Below, in pieces: positions 34,754 through 44,107 of a stretch of 64,000 nucleotides of DNA (position 1 is the stretch's first letter; every line of letters starts with the position of its first letter). The notes under the pieces were generated by a model. It worked only from the letters and a program-made list of their open reading frames with translations. It made no database searches and was not told the DNA's origin. Source of the DNA: Clostridia bacterium (GTDB lineage: Bacteria > Bacillota > Clostridia > Oscillospirales > Acutalibacteraceae); the NCBI GenBank assembly GCA_017481115.1, contig JAFUPP010000039.1:1-64000 (forward strand), read 5' to 3'. Position numbers and translations under genes: made by a program.

Positions 34754-37700
34754 TTAATTAAATGCAAACTCTGCATAGAGCATATAGTGGTCTGAATGCT
34801 GAGGATTGGGAGCATACATACCGTCGCTGATAAGCTCAAGGTCATCTGTATAAAGAATGTGGTCGATATAGTCGGTGGCCCAGTTATCAGTGTTGATGTA
34901 TGAATGATACTTGCTATCGTTTACGAGATTAAGACCTACTGCCTTGATTTCGCTTACTGCCTCGATGTTTGTATCACCGGTAACAATAACATTTGAAAGA
35001 CCGCTAACATAGTTCTTGATCTCATTGATCTGGGTTGTTCTGATATTAACATTCTCCCATGAAAGATGTGTATTAAGGAAGTTGACTGTTGTTCCCTCAA
35101 CATCGATCTTTACGTGCTGGAGAGCTCTCTGCTCAACGCCTGTTGAGGTGAGAAGCTGATATGTGGTTTCGGTAATGGGATACTTTGAAAGGATACCGAT
35201 ACCATATTCACCGCTGTTGCCGCTTGAGCCTGGGATGTTTATGGTCTTGGTATAGTATGCATACTTATAACCTGTGAACTCCTTAAGCTTTGCCATTGTA
35301 TCCTGAAGCTGTGAACGGGTTGCGTTTTTATCGACCTCCTGGAGACCTACGATGTCGATGTTGTGGTTAACGATATCGTTTGCGATGGTCTGGAAGTTGT
35401 GTGAAACGTCTCTGCCGTTTGCAATGTTGTAGGTTGCTACACGAATGTTGGGTCTGTTGGGCTTAAGAACGATGGCGTCGATATTTGCCTTTGCATTTGC
35501 AACAAGGCGAACGGTGTGCTTACCGTTACTAAGATCGGATACGCTGAATACTGTCTTCTGGTAGTCCTGATCGATAGTATTGGAACGGAGGTTAAATACG
35601 TTAATCTCAACATTGTCAACATAAACGACTACACGGCCGTATGTGGTTGACTTGTAAGCGATAACATCAAAACCTGCACCCTCGAATGAGAACTCAACCG
35701 ACTCACCGCGGTCAAGCATAACTGCTTCGTGGCCCGAAAGCTTCCAAGCGTATCTTACATCGTTATCTACAACATTGTTGTTAATATCCTTGGAGATACA
35801 AAGGTTTTCTGCCTCAAGAGCTACGCCGTAATCAACTGTGATGTTGATTATACCCTTGATGCCGTTCATATTGTAGGTGATAACGTCGGCAAGTGCGCCT
35901 GCCTCGTACTTAATTACGTTGCCTTCTACGGTAACCTTTCCGTTCTCTGCAGAAGCGGTAAGACCTGTCTTATCAAGTCCGTTAATGAATGTGTTTTCAA
36001 TCTTGAAGGAAGCGGTGTTCTTGGTGAGGGTCTTGTCGATAGGATCAAAACCTGCCCCTCTTTCTGCGATGTCAAATATCTCACCTGCTAACTCAATGCC
36101 GTCGAGAGCATTGTAGAAGAGGGTGGGACGTGCAGCATTTGCGTTCTTGGTTTTTGCAGTAACGATATCAACAGAATGGAATCCGTCTTCAAGAACTGCA
36201 CCGAAGATGTGCTTCTGGTATGCGGGTTCAGCGCTGTAAAGGTCGATGATACCATATGACTTTCCGTCGATGATAACCTCGATCTGACCGTAGGTGTTTG
36301 AGGTGTATGCATTGATAGCAAAAGCTGTTCCGTCGAATGCAAATGCATAGCTGTCACCGGCGTCGGTGGATCTCATTGCAGTGCCGTTTACGGGACCCTT
36401 GACGTTCTGAAGGCTCTGCCAGTTACCCTTGTAGATAACACATGCATCGTCTGCATCGACATAGGTCATTTCGCCAATGCCTGCCTTATAGCTTTCGTTG
36501 AAGGGGAATACTGCATTACCTGCAATCTTTACGGTTCCATCGGTAACGGTCTGAGTCCAGGTACCCTCAAGGTATGCGGTCTCTGAGCCTGTACCGGTGA
36601 ATAATACTGCATCGTCAGCTGCAACAAATACACCCTTGTTTGCGGGATAAATATTTGCACCTGAAATTGAGAAATTGTATCTTGTGTTGGTGTCAACAAC
36701 CTTAATGTTTGCACCGTTAAGGGTTACAACGCTCTTTGCGGGGGTGGTTACCTTCTGACCGTTGAGGTCGATGGTGATGTCTTTTGTAATGTTGATGCTC
36801 TTATCAACCGATGTTGCCCAGTTAACCTTAACTGTTGCACCTGCGGGAGCAAACTCAATAGCCTTGAGAAGATCGTTGCCGCCGTGCTCACCGTTGATGT
36901 AGGTATCCATACCGTAACCAACTGCGTTTACGAGAACAACGGAGCCTGTAAACTTACCAAAACGGATTCTGAAATCTCTTACGTTTTCATAATCCATAAA
37001 CATATTGCCTGCACCTGAGGTCTGGCTATCGTGTGACCAGTTGGTAGCAATACCGTTTACTACTAAGGAGTTTGCACCTGCACCTGTAGTACCGGGATCG
37101 AGAGGAATGAATATCTTGTTCCATCCGGCTTTAACGCCCTGATCAATAAAGAACTGATCGTAGAAGATCATTCTGATACCGTTCTTACCGGTTGAACCAA
37201 CGCTTGATGTGAACTCTACAAAGAACTCAACAACATTTGTTGCTGCATCTGCCTTCATATTGGTGATGCAGTTTGCCTCGAAGTAGATATACATTTCAAG
37301 GAACTCTTCACCGTAAAGGTTAAGAGGAGTGCTTGCTACGTGGTAGGAAACTGCGGTACCTGCTGCGGTGTGCTGTACGGAGGATGCACCGATAACTGCG
37401 TTGTCGCCGTTACGGTTACCTGCGATAACTGCCGACTCACCTGAATAGGTGGTGTGATATGCAGACTGACCGAGGGTCTCCTTGTAGTAAACCTCATACT
37501 TATAGTTATTTGAGTTGTAAGTGATGGTGACAAACTGTCTGCCCGGAAGGGTTGTATCGATAGCCGAAACTGTGTAGTTTGCGGGATCAACAACTGCACC
37601 CTTATCGGTTACGATAAAGTCTGCTGCTGCGGTCTGCTCGCCGCGCTTATAAACAGTCTTCTTGCCCTCGATGTTTACATCCCAATTCGACTCGCCTGCT

Positions 37701-39007
37701 ACTGTTGAAAGCTCAACTGCTGCTACTGCGATGTCGCAAAGTGATGTGTTGTGGCTGTAGAATGCAATGTAATGGATGGTCTGGTCATTGGCAAAGCCCT
37801 GGAATGCCTGACCGTTGTAAGCATTTGATGTGCCCTTGATGCTTGCAGTGAAGTTTACACTAATGTAGTTCCAGCCTGCAGTAAGGGTGCCTACGCCCTT
37901 GTTACAAAGGTGATACTCGATATAGTTATCACAGGGAGTAGTTGTTGATGATGTATTGTCTCGTCTTTCGAACATACGGAATATGATGGATGCATCGGAG
38001 GGATCGTCGACCCAAAGCCATGCGTTAACATAAAGCTCTCCGCCCATGAAATCATCATAAAGATTTGACATCTTAATACCGTCTTCGCCGCCGACCTTGA
38101 TCATAGCACCGGTCTTTGCGACTGCGGAAATCTGATCAACATAGTATGCCTTGGTTGCGGGAACACCTTCGGTGCCGCCGGTGAGGGTAGCGGTATCAAC
38201 AACGCTGAAATCCTCTGCAGCAGAGGTACCGATCTGGTACATCTCGTCTGTGGTCTTGTCTGATGCGGGATCAACAAGAAGGATCTTCTCCTCGGGTTCG
38301 GGCTCGGGAATGGGAAGGTCTGCAACCATTGCTGCGCCTACCGAACCTACACGGGTGTTACCGGTGTGGCAGTTTACGATATCGCTTGATGCCTTTGTCT
38401 TGGCAGGATCGATAACATTATAGGTGTTTGTTCCGTCGGTAATGGTGAAGGAGGAAATACCGATGTTGACCGAGCCATATACTGCGGTACCTGCGGTTGA
38501 GTTCTCGTGAACTGTCATAGCAGAAAGTGTGCCGTTCTCTACGAGTGCTGCGTGTGCGGGCTGGTTGTAGTTTGCGTTACCTGCTGAACCCTGTGTGAAG
38601 GCTGAAAGCTTTAATGAAACCTTGTTCCATCCTTCGTTAAGGTTGCCTGTTTTATACTCCTTACGGATTGCCCACTTTTCTGAATAGTTGCTTGCTACGG
38701 TTGCATCAAAATGTCCTGCGGGGAAAAGTGATACAAGGAAGTCATACTGAGGCTCTACATTTGCCTTTACTCTGCCGATGTAGATCCAGATCTCTGCGGT
38801 GTACTTTGAAAGATCCGATCCGTCAATGGTAAAATCGGTAAAGTCATATGCAAAACCGCTCTTTCTTACGTCTGATGCATCTGAATAGTATACATATGCA
38901 TCATCGGAAGGATTAACATCCTCTGCGGATGATGCGACAATACCGCTGATCGCTACTGTTGAGACGATCATAAGAACTGCTAAAAGAATACTTAATACTT
39001 TTTTCAT
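34754..39007 (-). CDS. Giant secreted or surface protein (1417 aa) with a C-terminal EEP domain
   Basis: Signal peptide. The N-terminal roughly 1180 aa are paralogous to the product of 39288..42833. Internal YKS..G..V.IDG-type modules are shared with the NPP protein. The C-terminal 235 aa form an EEP domain (VATYNIANG...VGLQEVD...GDTN...SDH) that resembles the product of 33686..34615. RBS AAAGGA. Confidence 0.85.
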   Translation of the reverse strand: MKKVLSILLAVLMIVSTVAISGIVASSAEDVNPSDDAYVYYSDASDVRKSGFAYDFTDFTIDGSDLSKYTAEIWIYIGRVKANVEPQYDFLVSLFPAGHFDATVASNYSEKWAIRKEYKTGNLNEGWNKVSLKLSAFTQGSAGNANYNQPAHAALVENGTLSAMTVHENSTAGTAVYGSVNIGISSFTITDGTNTYNVIDPAKTKASSDIVNCHTGNTRVGSVGAAMVADLPIPEPEPEEKILLVDPASDKTTDEMYQIGTSAAEDFSVVDTATLTGGTEGVPATKAYYVDQISAVAKTGAMIKVGGEDGIKMSNLYDDFMGGELYVNAWLWVDDPSDASIIFRMFERRDNTSSTTTPCDNYIEYHLCNKGVGTLTAGWNYISVNFTASIKGTSNAYNGQAFQGFANDQTIHYIAFYSHNTSLCDIAVAAVELSTVAGESNWDVNIEGKKTVYKRGEQTAAADFIVTDKGAVVDPANYTVSAIDTTLPGRQFVTITYNSNNYKYEVYYKETLGQSAYHTTYSGESAVIAGNRNGDNAVIGASSVQHTAAGTAVSYHVASTPLNLYGEEFLEMYIYFEANCITNMKADAATNVVEFFVEFTSSVGSTGKNGIRMIFYDQFFIDQGVKAGWNKIFIPLDPGTTGAGANSLVVNGIATNWSHDSQTSGAGNMFMDYENVRDFRIRFGKFTGSVVLVNAVGYGMDTYINGEHGGNDLLKAIEFAPAGATVKVNWATSVDKSINITKDITIDLNGQKVTTPAKSVVTLNGANIKVVDTNTRYNFSISGANIYPANKGVFVAADDAVLFTGTGSETAYLEGTWTQTVTDGTVKIAGNAVFPFNESYKAGIGEMTYVDADDACVIYKGNWQSLQNVKGPVNGTAMRSTDAGDSYAFAFDGTAFAINAYTSNTYGQIEVIIDGKSYGIIDLYSAEPAYQKHIFGAVLEDGFHSVDIVTAKTKNANAARPTLFYNALDGIELAGEIFDIAERGAGFDPIDKTLTKNTASFKIENTFINGLDKTGLTASAENGKVTVEGNVIKYEAGALADVITYNMNGIKGIINITVDYGVALEAENLCISKDINNNVVDNDVRYAWKLSGHEAVMLDRGESVEFSFEGAGFDVIAYKSTTYGRVVVYVDNVEINVFNLRSNTIDQDYQKTVFSVSDLSNGKHTVRLVANAKANIDAIVLKPNRPNIRVATYNIANGRDVSHNFQTIANDIVNHNIDIVGLQEVDKNATRSQLQDTMAKLKEFTGYKYAYYTKTINIPGSSGNSGEYGIGILSKYPITETTYQLLTSTGVEQRALQHVKIDVEGTTVNFLNTHLSWENVNIRTTQINEIKNYVSGLSNVIVTGDTNIEAVSEIKAVGLNLVNDSKYHSYINTDNWATDYIDHILYTDDLELISDGMYAPNPQHSDHYMLYAEFAFN

Positions 39008-39229
39008 AATTCTTGTCCTTTCAATTTTTTGTCATCACATTTTGTCTTGCCTTCAAACATAGGTGTTCTGCCCCACCTATATGCGTTTAACGGTAAAACA
39101 TTTTAGACATAATTATCATAACATATCGCATCTCTTTTGTATAGCGTTTTGAAAAGTTTTTCGTTTTGGTAAAGTCTACTTTTAGTTCCCTTTAAAGCCT
39201 TATGCTAACTTAAAATTCTATCAGGATAA

Positions 39230-39263
39230 CAAAAAAGACCCTACGGTAGAAACCGTAGGGTCT
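39230..39263 (-). terminator. Terminator of the 1181-aa gene
   Basis: GACCCTACGGT-agaa-ACCGTAGGGTC followed by TTTTTT on the minus strand. It shares the CCCTACGG core with the terminator at 34690-34723. Confidence 0.75.
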
Positions 39264-39287
39264 AAATTAAACCGTTATAAGCTTAAA

Positions 39288-42200
39288 TTACTTAAGAACG
39301 ATAGCGTCAACGTTACCCTTGCCGATAGCAACGATCTGAACGAGATGCTCTTTATCCTCAAGTGTATCACTTGTGAATACGCTCTTCTGGAAGTCTTCAT
39401 CGATGGTGGAAGAAGTAAGGTTGAATACGCCTACCTCTGTGCCGTCAATGTAAACTGCCATACGCTTATAGCTGGATGACTTATAGGAGATAACCTCGAA
39501 GCCTGTGCCCTCGAAGGTGAACTCAACATACTCGCCGGGATCGAGAACGATTGCTTCGTGGCCCGAAAGTTTCCAAGCATATCTTACATCGTTAGCGATG
39601 GGGTTGTTGTTGATGTCCTTAGAGATACAAATGTTCTCTGCCTCAAGCTTAACGCCATCTGCAAGAGTGATGTTGATAACACCCTTGATACCGTTCATAT
39701 AGTAGGTGATGACGTCGGTCTGAGCGCCTGCCTCATACTTAATTACGTTGCCGCTGACAGTAACTTCACCGTTTACTGCAGAAGCGGTAAGACCGGTAAG
39801 CTCTGCTCCTTCAATGAATGCATTTTCGATTACGAAGCTAGCGGTGTTCTTTGTAAGGGTCTTGTTCATATCAATGAAGTTGTAATCACTAAGATCCTTA
39901 AGCTCACCGACAACCGAAACGGTATCGATTGCGTTGTAGAAGAGAGTGGGACGCTGTGCAGCGGAGTTCTTTGTGCCAAGAGTCTTAACCTGTACAGTGT
40001 GATATCCGTCCTTAACAACGGCACCGAAGATGTGCTGCTGATAGGTCTGCTCTGCGCTGTAAAGATCAAGAGTGCCGTAGCTTATGCCGTCAACAAATAC
40101 CTCTACCTGACCGTAGGTGGGTGAAGTATATGCGTTGAGTGCGAATGCAGTACCGCTGAATGCGAATACATAGCTGTCGCCTGCATCGGTTGATCTCATA
40201 GCATCGTTGTTTACGGGACCCTTTACATTCTTGATGGTCTGCCAGTTGCCTGTGTAGAGAACTGATGCATCAAATATGTCGGTGTCGGTCATTTCGTCAA
40301 TGCCTGCCTTATAGCTGTCATTGAAGGGGAATGATGCGTTACCTGCGATCTTTGCAGTACCGTCGGTAACTGTCTGAGTCCAGCTGCCCTCAATGTAAGC
40401 GGTCTCTGAACCTGTACCCGAGAATACAACTGCACTGCTCTTTGCTGAGAAGTAGCCCTTGTTTGCGGGATAAAAATTTGCACCTGAGAGTGAGTAGTTG
40501 TATCTTACGTTAGTGTCGATAACGGTGATATCGCCGCCGTTAAGCTCAACTATCTTACCTGCAGTAGTGGTAATCTTCTGACCGTTGAGGTCAAGAGTAA
40601 TATTCTTTGTAACCTTGATGCTGTCTGCGATGGACTGCTTCCAGTTAACCTTAACTGTTGCGCCTTCGGGAGCAAGCTCAACTGCCTTGATAAGGTCGTT
40701 ACCGCCGTGTTCGCCGTTGATATAGGTATCCATACCGTAACCAACTGCATTGATGAGTGCGACTGAGCCTGAGAACTTATCAAAACGGATTCTGAAGTTT
40801 CTTACGTTCTCGTAATCCATATACATTTTGCCGCCTGAGGTCTGGCTGTCGTGCTGCCAGTTGGTCTGAACGCCGCCGATTGCGGGTGAATCAGCCTGGT
40901 TACCGTAGGTGCCGGGATTAAGAGGAATGTATATCTTGTTCCAACCTGCAACACAGCCCTGGTTGATGAAGAAGGTATCGGTAAGAAGGATTCTTACACC
41001 GTTATAGCCTGCACCTGAAGCGTTTGAGGTAGGCTCAACAAGAAGTCTGATGACATCTGTTGCTGCATCTGCCTTCATATTGGTGATACAGTTTGCCTCG
41101 AAGTAGATATACATTTCAAGGAACTCTTCGCCGTAAAGGTTAAGAGGAGTGCTTGCTACGTGGTAGGATACTGCAGTACCTGTTGCGGTATGCTGTACGG
41201 AGGATGCACCGATAACTGCGTTGTCGCCGTTACGGTTACCTGCGATAACACTTGACTCACCTGAATAGGTGGTGTGGTATACAGACTGACCAAGGGTATC
41301 CTTGTAGTAGATCTCATACTTATACTCTTTTGAGTCGTAGGTGATGGTGACAAACTGTCTGCCTGCCTTTTCGGTGTTGATAGCAGATACAGTGTAGTTT
41401 GCGGGATCAACAACTGCGCCCTTATCGGTTACGATAAAGTCTGCTGCTGCGGTCTGCTCGCCGCGTCTGTAAACCATCTTCTTGCCTTCGATGTTTACAT
41501 CCCAATCTGACTCGCCGTCAACTGTTGAAAGCTCAACTGCTGCTACTGCGATATCTGAAAGTGATGTGTTGTGGCTGTAGAATGAAATGTAACGAATTAC
41601 GTTCTCAGCTGCAAAGCCCTGGAATGCCTGGCCGTGATAACCGTTAGCGCCGCCCTTGACAACTGCAGTGATGTTCTGTGAAATGTAGTTCCAACCTGCA
41701 GTAAGAGTACCTACGCCGTTGTTGTTAAGGCAGGTTTCAATGTAGTTGTCTGCACTGGAAGTTGCTGAATTTCTGTTGTCGTATCTTTCGAACATACGGA
41801 AGATAATGTTTGCGGTATCGGGATCGTCGATCCAAACCCAAGCATTAACATAGATCTCGCCGCCCATAAAGTCGTCATAGAGGTTTGCGATCTTAATACC
41901 GTCATCTCCGCCAACCTTGATCATAGCCCCTGACTTTGCAACTGCATTTAACTGATCAATATAGTAGGCTGTGGATGAAGGAACTCCCTCGGTGCCGCCT
42001 GTAAGGGTAGCGGTATCAACAACGCTGAAATCCTCTGAGGTGTTAACATTGATCTGAAGCATATCGTCAACACTCTTGTCTGCTGCGGGGTCGATAAGGG
42101 TGATTCTCTCGTCGTAGCTCTCTACGGGAACGGGAATGGGAAGGTCTGCAACCATTGCTGCGCCTACTGCACCTGCACGTGTGTTACCGGTGTGGCTGTT

Positions 42201-42833
42201 TACGATATCGCTTGATGCCTTTGTCTTGGCAGGATCGATAACATTATAGGTATTTGTTCCGTCGGTAATGGTGAAGGATGAAATACCGATGTTGACCGAG
42301 CCGTATACTGCGGTACCTGCGGTTGAGTTCTCGTGAACTGTCATAGCGGTAAGTGTACCGTCTGCTACAAGTGCTGCGTGTGCGGGCTGGTTGTATGCTG
42401 TGTTACCGCCTGAACCCTGTATGAAGTCAGAAAGCTTTACTACCTGCTTATTCCAACCAACATTAAGTTCGCCTGTTTTATACTCCTTACGGATTGCCCA
42501 CTTTTCTGTATAGTTGCTTCCTACGGTTGCATCAAAATGTCCTGCGGGATAAAGTGATACGAGGAAGTCATACTGCGGGTTTACTGCAGCATTGGGCTGA
42601 CCGATGTAGATCCACATCTCTGCGGTGTACTTTGAGAGATCTGATCCGTCAATGGTGAAATCGGTAAAGTCATATGCAAAACCGCTCTTTCTTGCGTCTG
42701 ATGCATCTGAATAGTATACATATGCATCATCGGAAGGATTGGTATCTGCTGCTGATGATGTGACAATACCGCTGATCGCTACTGTTGAAACGATCATAAG
42801 AACTGCTAAAAGAATGCTTAAATACTTTTTCAT
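39288..42833 (-). CDS. Giant secreted or surface protein (1181 aa), a tandem paralog of 34754..39007 that lacks the EEP domain
   Basis: Signal peptide. Long stretches of nucleotide identity with the downstream copy, for example 41078-41340 versus 37238-37500 with roughly 25 mismatches in 263 nt. It ends (...AIVLK*) exactly where the EEP domain starts in the paralog. RBS AAAGGAAAAG. Confidence 0.85.
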   Translation of the reverse strand: MKKYLSILLAVLMIVSTVAISGIVTSSAADTNPSDDAYVYYSDASDARKSGFAYDFTDFTIDGSDLSKYTAEMWIYIGQPNAAVNPQYDFLVSLYPAGHFDATVGSNYTEKWAIRKEYKTGELNVGWNKQVVKLSDFIQGSGGNTAYNQPAHAALVADGTLTAMTVHENSTAGTAVYGSVNIGISSFTITDGTNTYNVIDPAKTKASSDIVNSHTGNTRAGAVGAAMVADLPIPVPVESYDERITLIDPAADKSVDDMLQINVNTSEDFSVVDTATLTGGTEGVPSSTAYYIDQLNAVAKSGAMIKVGGDDGIKIANLYDDFMGGEIYVNAWVWIDDPDTANIIFRMFERYDNRNSATSSADNYIETCLNNNGVGTLTAGWNYISQNITAVVKGGANGYHGQAFQGFAAENVIRYISFYSHNTSLSDIAVAAVELSTVDGESDWDVNIEGKKMVYRRGEQTAAADFIVTDKGAVVDPANYTVSAINTEKAGRQFVTITYDSKEYKYEIYYKDTLGQSVYHTTYSGESSVIAGNRNGDNAVIGASSVQHTATGTAVSYHVASTPLNLYGEEFLEMYIYFEANCITNMKADAATDVIRLLVEPTSNASGAGYNGVRILLTDTFFINQGCVAGWNKIYIPLNPGTYGNQADSPAIGGVQTNWQHDSQTSGGKMYMDYENVRNFRIRFDKFSGSVALINAVGYGMDTYINGEHGGNDLIKAVELAPEGATVKVNWKQSIADSIKVTKNITLDLNGQKITTTAGKIVELNGGDITVIDTNVRYNYSLSGANFYPANKGYFSAKSSAVVFSGTGSETAYIEGSWTQTVTDGTAKIAGNASFPFNDSYKAGIDEMTDTDIFDASVLYTGNWQTIKNVKGPVNNDAMRSTDAGDSYVFAFSGTAFALNAYTSPTYGQVEVFVDGISYGTLDLYSAEQTYQQHIFGAVVKDGYHTVQVKTLGTKNSAAQRPTLFYNAIDTVSVVGELKDLSDYNFIDMNKTLTKNTASFVIENAFIEGAELTGLTASAVNGEVTVSGNVIKYEAGAQTDVITYYMNGIKGVINITLADGVKLEAENICISKDINNNPIANDVRYAWKLSGHEAIVLDPGEYVEFTFEGTGFEVISYKSSSYKRMAVYIDGTEVGVFNLTSSTIDEDFQKSVFTSDTLEDKEHLVQIVAIGKGNVDAIVLK

Positions 42834-43233
42834 TGTTCTTTTCCTTTCGTTGATTATATTTATGACTTAGCCGCTTCCTCCCACCGCTTTCTTACGCTGT
42901 GTGCTCTGCCCCACACAGAAAGGTCAATAACCTGAAATACCCGCAACCTGAATTACGTGCATTTCAGGCTGCTGACCAAATGTAAGAAAGCGAAGAAAGT
43001 TTGCTGCTTAGCCTTCAAAAGGGTAGAATACCCCTTTGTACTTATAATAAATTATAACAATAATTTATATCTGTGTCAATTGATTTTTTTCGGTTAGTTT
43101 TGAACAGAAGTCTACATTTTCTTCCAGTTTTAAAACAAGCTATAAATTGCTACAACATATTGATATTTACAGATTGAATTTTTTTATTTTTGCAGTTATA
43201 ATTGCATCAAACAACACAAAAAAGAGGTGCTTT

Positions 43234-44063
43234 ATGAAGATAAAATATCTTGGAACGGCGGCGGCAGAGGGTATTCCCGCACTGTTTTGCCAATGTGAAA
43301 CCTGTGAAAAGGCGAGAAAAACGGGTATTATCCGTTCAAGAGCACAGGCAATAATTGACGACTGCATTCTGCTTGATTTTGGCCCGGATACCTCTACCAT
43401 ATGGCAGAAAACGGCATCGATCTTGGAAGTATCAGAAGAATTTTCATTACCCACGCCCACGAGGATCACCTAAGTGAGTTTGAGATAGAAAATCTCCGTG
43501 ATTCCTGCTATTCGCATCCAAAAAAGGGAGAACCCTTTAACTTTTACGGCTCAAAGCCGGTACTTGAAAAGCTCGGAAAATATGTAGAACGCTTTACCGA
43601 GCGTGATACCCTTCCCGTACTCAACGAAATGAGTCACGGCAGAACGGTTGAATTTGACGGTTACCGTGTTACCTCGGTACACGCAAAGCATTCGGAGAAT
43701 ACCGGTCCCCTTTTTTACATTATAAATAAGGGTGACAAAACATTGATGTACTGTCACGATACATCCTACTTCCCCGACGACACATGGGAGTATCTCAAAT
43801 CCCATCCCTTCCACGCAGATTTTATATCAATAGACTGTACTGCGGGTAATGACCCCAGAGATTCGGGCAGTCATATGAGCGTAAACCAGAATTTAAAGGT
43901 GCGTGACCGTCTTACAGAGATGGGAATTATGGATGATAGCACCATCTTTTGTCTTAATCACTTCTCGCATAACGGCTATGACGTGCTTCCCGATGAGCTT
44001 GAGCCCATATTAAAGGCAAACGGAATTTATCAGTCAGAGGATAAAAAGGTATTTGAATTTTAG
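43234..44063 (+). pseudogene. MBL-fold metallo-hydrolase with a frameshift near 43395-43440
   Basis: The ATG at 43234 follows AAAGAGGTG. The sequence MKIKYLGTAAAEGIPALFCQCETCEKARKTGIIRSRAQAIIDDCILLDFGPD is in frame 1. The HAHEDH metal-binding motif and the remainder, through the stop at 44063, are in frame 3. This is a disrupted gene, a sequencing error, or a translational frameshift. Confidence 0.65.
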
Positions 44064-44070
44064 TCTAAAT

Positions 44071-44107
44071 ATAAAAAATCAGTATCCGCAGATACTGATT
44101 TTTTTGT
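44071..44107. terminator. Bidirectional terminator
   Basis: AATCAGTATC-cgca-GATACTGATT flanked by A and T runs. Confidence 0.75.

Noticed and set aside
29411-42833. Mobile element or genomic island boundaries (integrase, transposase, flanking direct repeats)
   Set aside because: No recombinase genes or tRNA target are present. The only long repeats are the internal tandem gene duplication. It may still be accessory, but I cannot support a mobile-element call.
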